Source: Giardia intestinalis
Lineage: Eukaryota
Length of the DNA stretch: 64,000 nucleotides
Assembly (NCBI GenBank): GCA_000002435.2
Contig: CM018793.1
Reading direction: 5' to 3' (one strand)
The notes beneath the pieces are model-generated. The model worked only from the letters and a program-made list of their open reading frames with translations. It had not been told where the DNA came from and ran no database searches. This document shows, one piece after another, positions 1 to 9,862 of the stretch (position 1 is its first letter; every line of letters begins with the position of its first letter). A program made the translations under genes and the position numbers.

Positions 1-528
1 GATCTACTTTTGGAAGTGGAGTCTCTGCAGGCGTTAAATAATGAACTACAGGCAGAACTAGCTGGACACCGGAATCAGCTCTGTAAAGAGTCCACTTATC
101 CGTCAGAAGATGTCAAAGAATTACCTCCAGATACAGCAATGCGTGAACTTCAAATACTCTTGCAGAACTGTATGACTGAGAACAAAAACTTGCGGCTCGA
201 AGTTGTTGCGCTACAAGAGATGCTTGATGTTCAGCGTCTGTTAGCACGCATCTCACCGAGGACAACCAGTGGAGACGATTCTTCTATTAAGCAGCAACTT
301 GATGAAGTGATTACAATAAACAGGCAATACGAAGTACAAATATCAAAGCTCGAAAGGGCGGTGGCGGCTGCAGATGAAAGGCTGAATCTCTACGAGGCAC
401 GTCAGAGCCGAGAAGCACTTCTTGTGGAAACCATCACACAGTTACGAAGCCAAATCCATCACATGACTAAGAAACTCCTTGCTTATGAACACCAAGCAGG
501 GGATGGTGCTTCTCCACGAGCTAAGTAA
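1..528 (+). CDS. 3' portion of a coiled-coil protein gene, 5'-truncated by the window edge. The frame is open from nt 1, and the 'M' the ORF track places at 10 is a TTG codon.
   Basis: The frame is open from nt 1 to TAA at 526-528. Heptad-rich sequence throughout. The C-terminal ~40 aa (ETITQLRSQIHHMTKKLLAYEH...SPRAK) is paralogous to the C-terminus of the next gene. An AGTAAAT poly(A)-type signal overlaps the stop codon. Confidence 0.6.
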   Translation, partial: DLLLEVESLQALNNELQAELAGHRNQLCKESTYPSEDVKELPPDTAMRELQILLQNCMTENKNLRLEVVALQEMLDVQRLLARISPRTTSGDDSSIKQQLDEVITINRQYEVQISKLERAVAAADERLNLYEARQSREALLVETITQLRSQIHHMTKKLLAYEHQAGDGASPRAK

Positions 529-530
529 AT
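524..530 (+). promoter_or_regulatory. Giardia-type polyadenylation signal (AGTAAAT) overlapping the stop codon of the first gene
   Basis: The literal sequence AGTAAAT sits at the TAA stop and matches the Giardia AGTRAAY consensus. Confidence 0.5.
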
Positions 531-602
531 GGCGGCAGCAGCTTCCTACGTTTTGCGCACCATTTCCTTGAATTCTAATTAGTGAGATTTCCAAAATAGG
601 AA

Positions 603-2066
603 ATGCCTGCAAAGGAGCGAAATCAGAGCCCAACAACGCGTGTCCGCGCAGCTTCTGGCCCCAAAAACCAGCTTGCTGAAGAGCCTGCTGTGAGAGCCCC
701 GTCAAAGTCGAAATTGATCCATCAAGAGAAGCAGGCCAATATAACTCCTAAGCGTCCAGACACAGATCGCCGTGCTAGCAGGGGCCAGCCTCGTGGACCT
801 TCTCCGACTCAAGCAGAGCGGTCTGCATCTGGGCGCAATCATCGTGCCGCTCTCCCTGCCTCCCAACGCACCAACAACGACAAGCATACCCCCAGCCCGA
901 AAATTGACAGCGAGACCCTTCTTGCATACAAAGCCATGCGTGTGCCCTCAGATGAACAGGGCCAGTTTGATATGGTTTCAAAGATGCAGCTAGAAATAAA
1001 ACGCCTTGCCCGCGAACTCGATGAGACCCGTGCGCAAAAGGTTACGGTTGAAGCAGGAAAAAACGATCTGATAGCGGAAAACGCACGCATGAAGAAGGAG
1101 CTTAACGATGTTCTATCGAACCAGAAGTACAAAAATCACACTATTAAGAAGTTGGAAAGGGAGACAATAGAGCTGAGGGCCCGACTGGAAACAGAAAGAA
1201 GCTCATTTGTTTTGCGTCTTGCCGAAAATAATAGCAAGAATAACACTCCTGGGTCTAGAGTATCAAGTCACTCCCCACGCAGGCAGTCACCCAAGCCCTC
1301 TGCTAACGGCTCTCCAAAGGGTCCTATATGTGACAAGTGCAAGGAGAAAATAAGATCTGGTCAGTACCCCGCAGGCTCTGTCCCCTTACGAGCCGAGGAC
1401 GGGTCCTTGGAGCCACAAGAGTATAAGATTCCGGATCTGTATCTAAGAGAGGACCCCTCCCGACCTGAGTCCCAAGAGTTTCAGGTTGCAGCACCAAACG
1501 TCCTTGTATCTACGGAGAAAGACAACGCTTCATGGAAAAAGGAGCTTGAACATCTCCAGAAGGAGAATAAGGCTCTCCGCGGGGAGCTTGAAGCATTAAC
1601 AGTCATACAAAATGACGGTCACAGTCACCTGGATGTTATACAGAAAATGAACGACGATTTGGATAGGGTATTAGAGGAACGCTCAACTCTCCAACAGGAC
1701 GTCGCTTATTGGAAAGCCCAGTGTGAGCTGGCCAAGGCACAGAATGCCAACTGTGACGTTGACCAGCACGCAAGCGGATGTAGCAGGGAGGAACTTCTTG
1801 CGTGCCAGGCGCTTAATGCTGAGTACGAGAAGAAGCTTGCTGCGACTAGTGAGCGTCTCCGCCTTGCAGAAGAGCAGCTCAAGCCGTATTTAGAGGCCAA
1901 GGGCCGTGAAAAGGCTCTTATCGAGACCGTTACTTCTCTGCGTGCTCAGCTGCAAGATATGACCAAGCGTCTGTTGGCGTACGAGCAGAACAAATCACCA
2001 AGGTCTGCTAGGGCTAAATCTAACGAAAGCCTTAAAAAGGCCAACAAGCCGGCTGGCAAGAAGTAA
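603..2066 (+). CDS. Coiled-coil protein with a basic, low-complexity N-terminus; tandem paralog of the upstream gene
   Basis: ATG at 603 preceded by an AT-rich stretch (caaaataggaaATG). 487 aa. Long heptad coiled-coil region. The C-terminus (ETVTSLRAQLQDMTKRLLAYEQ...SARAK) is conserved with ORF 1-528. AGTAAA at 2062-2067 overlaps the stop. Confidence 0.7.
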   Translation: MPAKERNQSPTTRVRAASGPKNQLAEEPAVRAPSKSKLIHQEKQANITPKRPDTDRRASRGQPRGPSPTQAERSASGRNHRAALPASQRTNNDKHTPSPKIDSETLLAYKAMRVPSDEQGQFDMVSKMQLEIKRLARELDETRAQKVTVEAGKNDLIAENARMKKELNDVLSNQKYKNHTIKKLERETIELRARLETERSSFVLRLAENNSKNNTPGSRVSSHSPRRQSPKPSANGSPKGPICDKCKEKIRSGQYPAGSVPLRAEDGSLEPQEYKIPDLYLREDPSRPESQEFQVAAPNVLVSTEKDNASWKKELEHLQKENKALRGELEALTVIQNDGHSHLDVIQKMNDDLDRVLEERSTLQQDVAYWKAQCELAKAQNANCDVDQHASGCSREELLACQALNAEYEKKLAATSERLRLAEEQLKPYLEAKGREKALIETVTSLRAQLQDMTKRLLAYEQNKSPRSARAKSNESLKKANKPAGKK

Positions 2067-2067
2067 A
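2062..2067 (+). promoter_or_regulatory. AGTAAA polyadenylation signal overlapping the stop of gene 603-2066
   Basis: Literal AGTAAA, with the TAA stop at 2064-2066 inside it. Confidence 0.5.
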
Positions 2068-2139
2068 ATACTCTTTGCGAAGATGACCCTTCGTTCTTTA
2101 CGACCCCTCGTATTCATAAGCTTCTCCACTGTTATAAAA

Positions 2140-2508
2140 ATGTCAGACGATCTACAGAAACCTACGCCTCAGAAGTCAGAGCAAATAATTGATAGTTCTA
2201 ATTTGGATTGCAATAGCGGATTGATTGCGCGACACTTTCAAGTGGCCCTTACAACTGAGGATATGTCTAGAGAGGCAGAGCCCCCCTTGAAGAGCCTTAC
2301 AGACGACTTTGGAAAATGGCGTCCTGTTCAGTTGCCAGCCGGTGCAGCACCCCTTACCATACAGCGAGCTGTGACCCTGTTGAGTAGACCTGCCCTAAAG
2401 CAACGATCTGCTCGGCGAAAATCTTCCGCCACTCTTCCTCTTACAGCCAGTACGGCCACCAGGACCAAGCACAGCAAGACAGGAGAGCAGGACGGAAACA
2501 ATGTATAG
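2140..2508 (+). CDS. Small hypothetical protein (122 aa counted from the second Met; the ORF track starts it at 2083)
   Basis: An ATG at 2140 is preceded by the AT-rich 'ctgttataaaaATG'. The ORF fills the gap between the neighbouring genes. No recognisable domain. Confidence 0.3.
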   Translation: MSDDLQKPTPQKSEQIIDSSNLDCNSGLIARHFQVALTTEDMSREAEPPLKSLTDDFGKWRPVQLPAGAAPLTIQRAVTLLSRPALKQRSARRKSSATLPLTASTATRTKHSKTGEQDGNNV

Positions 2509-2546
2509 AGTGGTTTACAAATGCACAAACGTATGATGAGGCAGGC

Positions 2547-4844
2547 TCAGTTTCCGAGGAAGATCTCCATCCTCTTTTGCGAGTCGGCGTCTCCCCACTT
2601 CGCCTGAGCGGTTCGCGCTAAAGACTCTGCCTGACGGCTACGCTCATCTTGATGATGAACTCTGAAAAGCTGCGAGCACTTTGCAAGAACCACGGGACGC
2701 TCTCTTCGTACAAGGAGAACGCTGGCTAAAGCAAGGAACCTGTTCAGAATGGCAGCCTCCTCGCCCTCTGGAAGCTTGACGCTAGCAACGACACTCATCA
2801 TCTCGCACAGTATCTGGCACTGCTGCCTAGAACTGTGGAAGCACTCATAGACAAGAATAGCTGCAGCAAGCTCGTTATAGATATCGTCCTTGGTGAAGGT
2901 CTCAGTGGAGAAATAGGAGCCGCTCATCGCTTCTATGATGGACTTAGTGTTGTCGATGTGGAGCTTTATCGCAGCTTGTTGATCGATGTCATCCATCAAG
3001 CTGGCAACCCTACCTGCCTCGCGAAGATACCCATCACGATGACAGACATAGAAGAGACTTGGATATATATCTGCCTTCGCTTCCGTCGGCAGCTCGTAGT
3101 TTGGATTCATAAGCATGTTATAGCAATCAAGAGCACCGTGGAATGATTGAATGCACTTCGCGAAAAGGAGACAGTCAGTATGCGCAAGAGTATAAACGTT
3201 CTCAAAGCAGAACTTGCCCAACATAAGGGCCCTTTCGTTATTTCTAGCGTATTCCTCGGGGGAAACAGTGAGCGGGTTTTCCAGAAGAGCATATGCGACG
3301 CCCAAACTGAAATCCCTCATAAGACGGTCCGACTTCTGCATAAGATAACATTTGAGTGCGCGAGATGGCAATAGTCTAAGGTACTCTGGCATCATAGATG
3401 CCTTCATCCTTATGAGCGGCGAAGTAAGAGTCTTCACAATCGAGTCATCATCGCGCTCCAAGAGCTGCACTGGTTGTATCTGCGGCAGATGTCTGTTCTC
3501 GACCTGTTCGGCATACGACCTGATGTGCTGCTCTGAGCAGTGAGGGAAAATTATGCCAATCAGAACGTTGAGGGCAGACGTTAGCTTGCTCATATCCTCA
3601 GGCCAGACACGAGACGAGAATACCAGAAGAGCGTTGATGCAAGAAATCCAAGCGCTATCCATGATCATGCCTGTGACCTTGTCAACATGCTCCAGACCCT
3701 TTGACGCTATCTCCTGAAGTACCGTATTGCAAAGTCCTGTTCCTGCTTCACAGAATCTCCTATACAATTCTTCAGTAATCGTGATCTTCTCCTTCTCCAA
3801 CGAAAGACGGTCTAGCAGAATGATGAAAGACTTGACACCGTGGCATCCACTAACGACAGCAGCAAAAACATCGTCTAATGCAACGAAGAGCTTGTTGATG
3901 TTGATATGGGCGCAGACACCCTCCAGAATAGTTGCGGTGGACATAGGGTCACTGCTGAGTTTTACCTGGCGAAGCACCTCGACAAGTACATCTGCCTGGA
4001 GACCATCTATTGTGCATAGCTTGGCAATCTCCTTGAAACCAGTGCTGATCATTTCGGAGAGGTAAATGCGCCTCTTGTCGCGTCTGTCTGCTTCCTTACG
4101 CGTTCGCGCCGGGTCGTACTGGGTACGGACCCAGAAACGGTTCATCTCAATATAGTTTCGCAATAAAAAGTCCAAAGTGATGTCGACATCAGCAACGACC
4201 ACGTACGGCTCACTCAGATCAAAGTCAAGATGCGGGCGCAGTACCTCAACTATATAGTGGCGCAGAAAGAGGTGGCGTAAGGGATTCTGGACACCACGGC
4301 AGAACTCGTGCAAGTCAAGAACTATGTTGTTCTTAAGCTCACGGATACTGTCCATAGTGGTAGGCATCCCAAGCTTCAGTAGCTCAGCAGGAGCTGTGTC
4401 CGGATTCGCATGGAGGAACTTCCTGGCATTGTTGAGGTGCTCCAGCCAAATAGACGCAGCAAGGGCCATTAGATACAGGCGCGGTATGACGATGGTTGTG
4501 CGCTGTACGAAGACATAAAGCTGGTACGGGCTCATGATGCGCCCAAGTGGGTTCTCTGTAATCGATGAGAAGTACTGGCGAAGGGAGACCAGGAATTCAG
4601 AGACCTTTTCGTAGAGTTTCTCATACCCAGCAGGCTCCAGAAGCGTAGTCTTAAGAAGGAAAGTGCATTCTATCGCAGCGGTTGTTATAGCCATGTAATT
4701 CGACTGGTCTGCGGCGCGCACATTATTGAACTTCGATATCCTAAGGCCCAGATCTTCTAGCTGCGCAGTGAGCCACTGCTCCTGCAGAGGACGAGCCTGT
4801 ATCTGGCGCAGGTATTCAGGGTCTACTTTGGTCTGGAAAGCCAT
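2547..4844 (-). CDS. VPS35: Vacuolar protein sorting 35 (retromer cargo-selective subunit)
   Basis: 765 aa. Contains the hallmark 'IPRLYL' motif and the conserved 'EFCRGVQNPLRHLFLRHY' and 'LDFLLRNYIEMNRFWVR' blocks, collinear with Vps35 from other eukaryotes. ATG at 4844 (revcomp of 'cat') with an AT-rich upstream 'caaaaataaaATG'. Confidence 0.9.
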   Translation of the reverse strand: MAFQTKVDPEYLRQIQARPLQEQWLTAQLEDLGLRISKFNNVRAADQSNYMAITTAAIECTFLLKTTLLEPAGYEKLYEKVSEFLVSLRQYFSSITENPLGRIMSPYQLYVFVQRTTIVIPRLYLMALAASIWLEHLNNARKFLHANPDTAPAELLKLGMPTTMDSIRELKNNIVLDLHEFCRGVQNPLRHLFLRHYIVEVLRPHLDFDLSEPYVVVADVDITLDFLLRNYIEMNRFWVRTQYDPARTRKEADRRDKRRIYLSEMISTGFKEIAKLCTIDGLQADVLVEVLRQVKLSSDPMSTATILEGVCAHININKLFVALDDVFAAVVSGCHGVKSFIILLDRLSLEKEKITITEELYRRFCEAGTGLCNTVLQEIASKGLEHVDKVTGMIMDSAWISCINALLVFSSRVWPEDMSKLTSALNVLIGIIFPHCSEQHIRSYAEQVENRHLPQIQPVQLLERDDDSIVKTLTSPLIRMKASMMPEYLRLLPSRALKCYLMQKSDRLMRDFSLGVAYALLENPLTVSPEEYARNNERALMLGKFCFENVYTLAHTDCLLFAKCIQSFHGALDCYNMLMNPNYELPTEAKADIYPSLFYVCHRDGYLREAGRVASLMDDIDQQAAIKLHIDNTKSIIEAMSGSYFSTETFTKDDIYNELAAAILVYECFHSSRQQCQILCEMMSVVASVKLPEGEEAAILNRFLALASVLLVRRERPVVLAKCSQLFRVHHQDERSRQAESLARTAQAKWGDADSQKRMEIFLGN

Positions 4845-4862
4845 TTTATTTTTGAAAGGTTT

Positions 4863-5726
4863 TTACTCTTTGTTCAGAAACAACCTAAACAGGATCGACA
4901 AGAGCGCCACAACAAGAAGTCCTGCCACAGCACGAACAGTACCGCTTTTGAGCTTGCACAAATGTGCATTCAAGCCAGTGGAGCAAACGCCACCAACGCA
5001 TTGTCCGCAGCAAGAGTTCTTCTTGCTGGGCGGTGGGAGAGTCGCAGCAGTCTTTGTCATTAGGGAGTCATCCACCTTAATGTTGGACACGCTTGGCACT
5101 GCAGACACAATGTCTTCTATGGGGTCAATGACTCTGTTGAGGTACATGTCATCAGTTGCGTTCTGTGGAATATCTGCTATGATCCCTCGCAAGTACTCGG
5201 CGAGCTCGCTGTAGTTGTGCCTCTCTGCAATCTGTAGATAGTCCTTGAGCTGACCATAGCGAGTCCACGTGCCATGTGCCAACAAAGCCTTCACGGACCT
5301 TAGGCAATTGCCATCAATGGCCAAATCTAAAGCAGTTTTACCATTCTTATCCTTGCTTACCTCAAGGCTCTCCGTAAGGGCACGCACTGCATGGTATGCG
5401 TTGCTTATAGCTGCTATGTGGAGCGCTGTCTTGCCATCACTAGTACAAACATTCGCCTCGGACTCAACCAGTAGAGAGCAGGCGTCGGGATCATCTAATT
5501 CGGCGGCTATCATCAGTGCTGTCTTGCCTTCGTTGTTACAAAGGGTGATTGCGTTCGGCATTAGCACGGGGATGATGACGTGCCTTTTCTTGCGAACAGC
5601 CATCATAAGAGCAGTTTCTCCGTTTTCGTCCTTCTTTGGGCCATAAATCCACACATTATCCTCGATCAAATCCAGGTTGTCAGCCCCAACCGCCTTGAAC
5701 CAATCTTCAACTGTGTCCAGAGGCAT
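4863..5726 (-). CDS. Ankyrin-repeat protein with a C-terminal cysteine cluster and a single TM tail anchor
   Basis: The N-terminus 'MPLDTVEDWFKAVG' matches the WF.AV start seen in the other ankyrin genes of this window. About six ANK repeats (TALMMAV / TALMIAA / TALHIAA / TALDLAI). The C-terminus is ...CCGQCVGGVCSTGLNAHLC... followed by a hydrophobic AVAGLLVVALLSILFRLFL. The start is taken as the second Met (5726), which has the AT-rich 'gtttaaaaaagtccATG' upstream. The ORF track extends to 5783. Confidence 0.7.
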   Translation of the reverse strand: MPLDTVEDWFKAVGADNLDLIEDNVWIYGPKKDENGETALMMAVRKKRHVIIPVLMPNAITLCNNEGKTALMIAAELDDPDACSLLVESEANVCTSDGKTALHIAAISNAYHAVRALTESLEVSKDKNGKTALDLAIDGNCLRSVKALLAHGTWTRYGQLKDYLQIAERHNYSELAEYLRGIIADIPQNATDDMYLNRVIDPIEDIVSAVPSVSNIKVDDSLMTKTAATLPPPSKKNSCCGQCVGGVCSTGLNAHLCKLKSGTVRAVAGLLVVALLSILFRLFLNKE

Positions 5727-5740
5727 GGACTTTTTTAAAC
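5727..5740. promoter_or_regulatory. Shared AT-rich core (ggacttttttaaac) between divergent start codons 14 bp apart
   Basis: ATG of the minus-strand gene at 5726 and ATG of the plus-strand gene at 5741. The only sequence between them is the T/A-rich 14-mer, which reads as an AT-rich initiator in both directions. Confidence 0.45.
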
Positions 5741-7525
5741 ATGAATCCTGCCATAATACCAAAAGAGACTTTTCGTGCGTCATTGACCCGCGTTCTACGA
5801 CGAACAGCTAATGTGCAGAAAGCCGTTCGCCAACAGCAGCAGGATCTGCGATCTGATCTCGGGGCTTGTGTGCAACCACTAGGCCTGACCCAGGTGACAG
5901 GCCTCCCTCCATCAGATCCTGTAGAACCTGTTTCCAGAGTAGACACATATCAGCAAGCAGCCCCGGTAATGGTACAAGAGCCACAAGAACGGATTTTGAA
6001 GGGGCACCAGGCACCACTCATTCAGCCATCAACAGATGATAACCTCTTTATATTAGTCCATGTCACAGATTTATATCTTGCCCAGGGGCTCCAGGCATTG
6101 GCACCTAATCAGATATTGAACAAACTGCGGTTGTACGTTAAGTCGCCACCCAACACTGAGGAAGAGCTCACTCCAGAGAAATCTGTATATCTGGTAGAAC
6201 ATACCAAGCTGAAAACACTAGAGCTGTCCCTCATAGCAGAGCTTGAGACAGCCACAGGAGCACTTGACTTTCAGCTTGGCGCTGCTTATATTGATGTTGC
6301 CAGGACAATACATCCTGTGCTATATAAAATAGACGAGTATGGTGAACGAAGGAACGCCTTTTCACGCCGTAGAGTCAACGTCCTCTTCTCTGAAGTGGTT
6401 CCGATCCATGCTGTTACCATATCAAGTAACTATGCTGGTAGGACCGATGCAATCCAGGGCAATCTTCTAATAGGTGCTGCAGATATCTCTATCCTTTGCG
6501 GTGGCCAGCCCCTGTTAGAGTATGAGCAATCTCTGAGATCTAAGCCCTGCATCTACCTTGACATGGCAAGATATAATCCTTCAGTGAAAAAGGCAAGTAA
6601 GTCTGTCTGCTGTTCGCTAGAAACCCATGCTGACATAGAAGCATATCGTGAACTAGCATTGGGTAGGCGGACTGCACTGATGCAGGGGAAAGGTGAGGCT
6701 ACTTCCAAGCCAATACTTGGATCTAAGCAGCCAGACATGCACAAAGTTGCTGCAGTTTGTTTCGTCGCTAAGGTATCACGAGTCTTCTTCAGGAACCTTG
6801 GCCCTGTGGAACGGATCTACGCTGTAGCAACACTTCAGCCCACAGCAGAATTGGCAGCAATTATAGGGTACAAGCTTACTCAGGTGCACAAGCTTACAAA
6901 GGAGTTACGAGAACCAGGAACATCGACGGCCATACACACAGTACCATATGATCGGGAAGAGCACGGGCTTGTTTATGCAGACACGACACTGACTATTTCA
7001 CGAAAACTGGCACTTATACCAACGAACATTAACTATCTACTACATGGCTCTTTTTCTCTATCTATTTTCGGATTCCTTGCCGGTAATTCGAGAAAGATCT
7101 TTTTGGGGTCTGTGGACATCCCCCTCGCAGAGTGTTATTCTTCTGGAATAGTGATAGGGGGCTGGTTCACATTGAGCAATACGTCATACGACGGTTATAT
7201 CTATGCTGAAGCATCCATCAATAGGTCAACCAACCAAGGAAACGAGAACTGGAATTCGGCAGAGGCCGCAGAGCCGCCCACTTTTGCCCCACCAGCCTTT
7301 TCTGTGTATACCGTACCGCCCAGAGTGTCTTCATCGCCTAGACCAGCTATTCAACTCCTCAATCACGTGGCTAATGTGGCCTCTGGTATTGTCCCCCAAG
7401 TCTCAACCCAACCCCTCAAGGAACCTGTAAGCGTTAGTGTTCCGTTACTGAAGCCTGATGCTGGTGTATATGAAGAGATAGGAAGCATTGTTTCCGGCTT
7501 GAACAATCTCTTTGTGAACTTTTAA
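5741..7525 (+). CDS. Hypothetical protein, 594 aa
   Basis: ATG at 5741 directly after 'ttttttaaac'. Long open frame. No motif I can assign. Confidence 0.6.
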   Translation: MNPAIIPKETFRASLTRVLRRTANVQKAVRQQQQDLRSDLGACVQPLGLTQVTGLPPSDPVEPVSRVDTYQQAAPVMVQEPQERILKGHQAPLIQPSTDDNLFILVHVTDLYLAQGLQALAPNQILNKLRLYVKSPPNTEEELTPEKSVYLVEHTKLKTLELSLIAELETATGALDFQLGAAYIDVARTIHPVLYKIDEYGERRNAFSRRRVNVLFSEVVPIHAVTISSNYAGRTDAIQGNLLIGAADISILCGGQPLLEYEQSLRSKPCIYLDMARYNPSVKKASKSVCCSLETHADIEAYRELALGRRTALMQGKGEATSKPILGSKQPDMHKVAAVCFVAKVSRVFFRNLGPVERIYAVATLQPTAELAAIIGYKLTQVHKLTKELREPGTSTAIHTVPYDREEHGLVYADTTLTISRKLALIPTNINYLLHGSFSLSIFGFLAGNSRKIFLGSVDIPLAECYSSGIVIGGWFTLSNTSYDGYIYAEASINRSTNQGNENWNSAEAAEPPTFAPPAFSVYTVPPRVSSSPRPAIQLLNHVANVASGIVPQVSTQPLKEPVSVSVPLLKPDAGVYEEIGSIVSGLNNLFVNF

Positions 7526-7636
7526 ATCTGAGATTGTCAATGTACTTTCCCCGTATCAATGGATATACTTATGACACTGGATTCAGAAGTAGGAACTGGC
7601 ACAAGTGCAATTTACTGCACGCGTCTCTGAGAATAT

Positions 7637-9746
7637 CTAAACCTCTGTGGGAACGATGAAGGAGCTAATTCGAGGGATGTGTAAGGCCTCTTCCATGACC
7701 GTCTCTCTACGAGACTCTTGGTAGAATCTGCAAAAATCACCAGCATTTCGCAGTGCATCCTGAAGAAGGTGTGCCTTAGGCTTTTCGTCCTCGGCACTTC
7801 CAAGGTTCTTACTTTCGATGTCAATGGCAGACGCAGCGAGTTCTAAAAGTGTTGCGACCTCTGAGCCCTGAAAACCGAAAAGGCACGGATTCCACTGCGT
7901 CATGCTCAGCGGAAGCCACAGCTTCAGGTCGTTGCTTAAACCCAGGACCACCCATATCAACAGGTCTTTCTCTTCGACTACATCGTATCCTCTACGAGCC
8001 ACATCTAAGGCCTTAGCGTTGTGACGCCCATCAAATAGTGCCATTTCCTTGCGAGTGAAACGATAGCGCAACCTAATGTCTACCGGCTCCATGACCAATG
8101 CAACGCTGTCAATAGCAATGAAGGGAATGAAGAGGTTTGGTGTCTTATTGCCAAAGAAATAACAGAGGCCCTCATCAATATTGTGTACTGATGAATAGTC
8201 TAGCGCGAAAACATTCGATGGATAGAACCCCCGAAGATTGCAACATATTGATTGTCTGATACTTTGCTCAACAATACGGCAGTGAGTGTACAGGAAAGAA
8301 GCCGGAAAGAATGTAGCGAATCCTAATGCAGCAATAAGCATGGTGACGTACGGCGCCCAAGACTCGGGGCAGATTAGAAAAATAGGCGGGAAGAAGGAGT
8401 GCATGGAGAGCGAAACCGGATACAAAAGGAGAAGAAAAGTAACCGCCCCCAAGGCTGACACAAGGCCCTTGTACGTTTCTGGGGAAATTCGTTGCCTACG
8501 AAGATATTTAGAGTGACCACACTCCGAGGGCATCTGTCGAGGTAAAGACGAGGCCATGAGACAACTGGCATCAAACACAAGGCTTTGAATGTCGGTAGAG
8601 GTCGTCTGCATTTGGCTGTTACTATATCCAGAGGCTACAAGGAAAAGCAAAACCTCAATGAGTATGGCGAGCGTGGCAGTACTGATGAAAGTGTGACTAT
8701 ACGTCTTAAGTGACGGGATTAGTGTGCAAATGAGCGGTGTCCAAATAAGGACTTGAAGTAGTATTAGTGTCACATAGTTGAAGACAATAGAGGTCGTCGA
8801 CTTCAACTTCAAGATGGGGGGTATATGTGTCGATGCCCTCAAACTAGGGGATGCGTCGGGAAATCCATAATTTTCCATCTGAGTGTAATTTGACGGAAGT
8901 GCCTCCAAGATAGAGTATTTGTGCTGCTTGACATTAGATATAGTCGTCACAGAAAAGCTACAATATTGAGGGTTTTCTATGATCTCCTTTTGCAGAAACG
9001 TAACAACCGCGTCTATTGAGCCTGTGATTTGCTGTCGCAAATTAAACCACTGTACATTCTTCTGGCCCATGAACTTGAAGCCAGGCATAGGGTCTTTGGT
9101 TTTAAATAGGTCTGCGGGTGCCACGGGAAGATCTGAAAATCTTGGCTTACGTGCAGGCAGATTGATCTCAGCTGTTTCTATTGTCGTCTTTTGGGGAGCT
9201 GAGGAATTGGTGGTGCCTTCAGAGGATGGTACTGAACCAGCTGTTGGAGTTGCACTCTGAGAACGAGCTTTTTCCAGCTCATCACGCTTAACCACTGAGA
9301 GGGCAGTTGCAATCTGAGTGCTTCCACGACCATAGTTCTCGTCCATCTCAAGAAACTGTTCACTAGTCCCTGATCTACAGCTTTGGAACGGAACGTTTTC
9401 CAGAACATCCACAACTGCAGCATCCGTTTGCAGTGTTGTTCCGCTTGCTGTAAGAGGCCCTTGTGCACTTTTTAGTTGCTCCTGAAAACTCCCAGCATCT
9501 TGAGTTTCATTATTCTTCATATCCATGACTTGAGTAACAGATACCCCTTCAGTTGCTGTAGCAAACGGCTCTGAGTAGTCCAGGTTATTATAGTACCCTG
9601 CACCATCGTCAGCAGTTTCATACCCATGGGGTCCAATGTAGTGTGTAAGCTTTGGTTCAGCTCCTGGTGAGATTATGGACGTGACGTCTGCAGTATCATA
9701 GGTCGTCCTCGAAGTGTATCCTGAATCAGAGACATCTGCATCCATG
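7637..9746 (-). CDS. Hypothetical multi-pass membrane protein: acidic, disordered N-terminal ~300 aa, then 5-6 TM helices, then a C-terminal soluble domain
   Basis: The ORF-track start at 9754 is GTG. The first ATG is at 9746 (MDADVSDSG...). Several ~20-aa hydrophobic segments follow (IVFNYVTLILLQVLIWTPLI, ALGAVTFLLLLYPVSL, YVTMLIAALGFATFF, ...). Confidence 0.6.
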
Positions 9747-9862
9747 TCGGCCACGGCGAATTTCTAGTTATAGAGATTATCGTAAATACTACAGTTGCCT
9801 CTACAGTAAAGTACCTTTGCATCCATAAAAACCTCTAAACTAAAATCAGTAAAAAGGGGACT

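Noticed and set aside
2835-4065. Plus-strand ORFs of 63-112 aa inside the VPS35 gene (2835-3146, 3147-3374, 3727-4065).
   Set aside because: They are antisense to a strongly supported CDS and have no start context or motifs.
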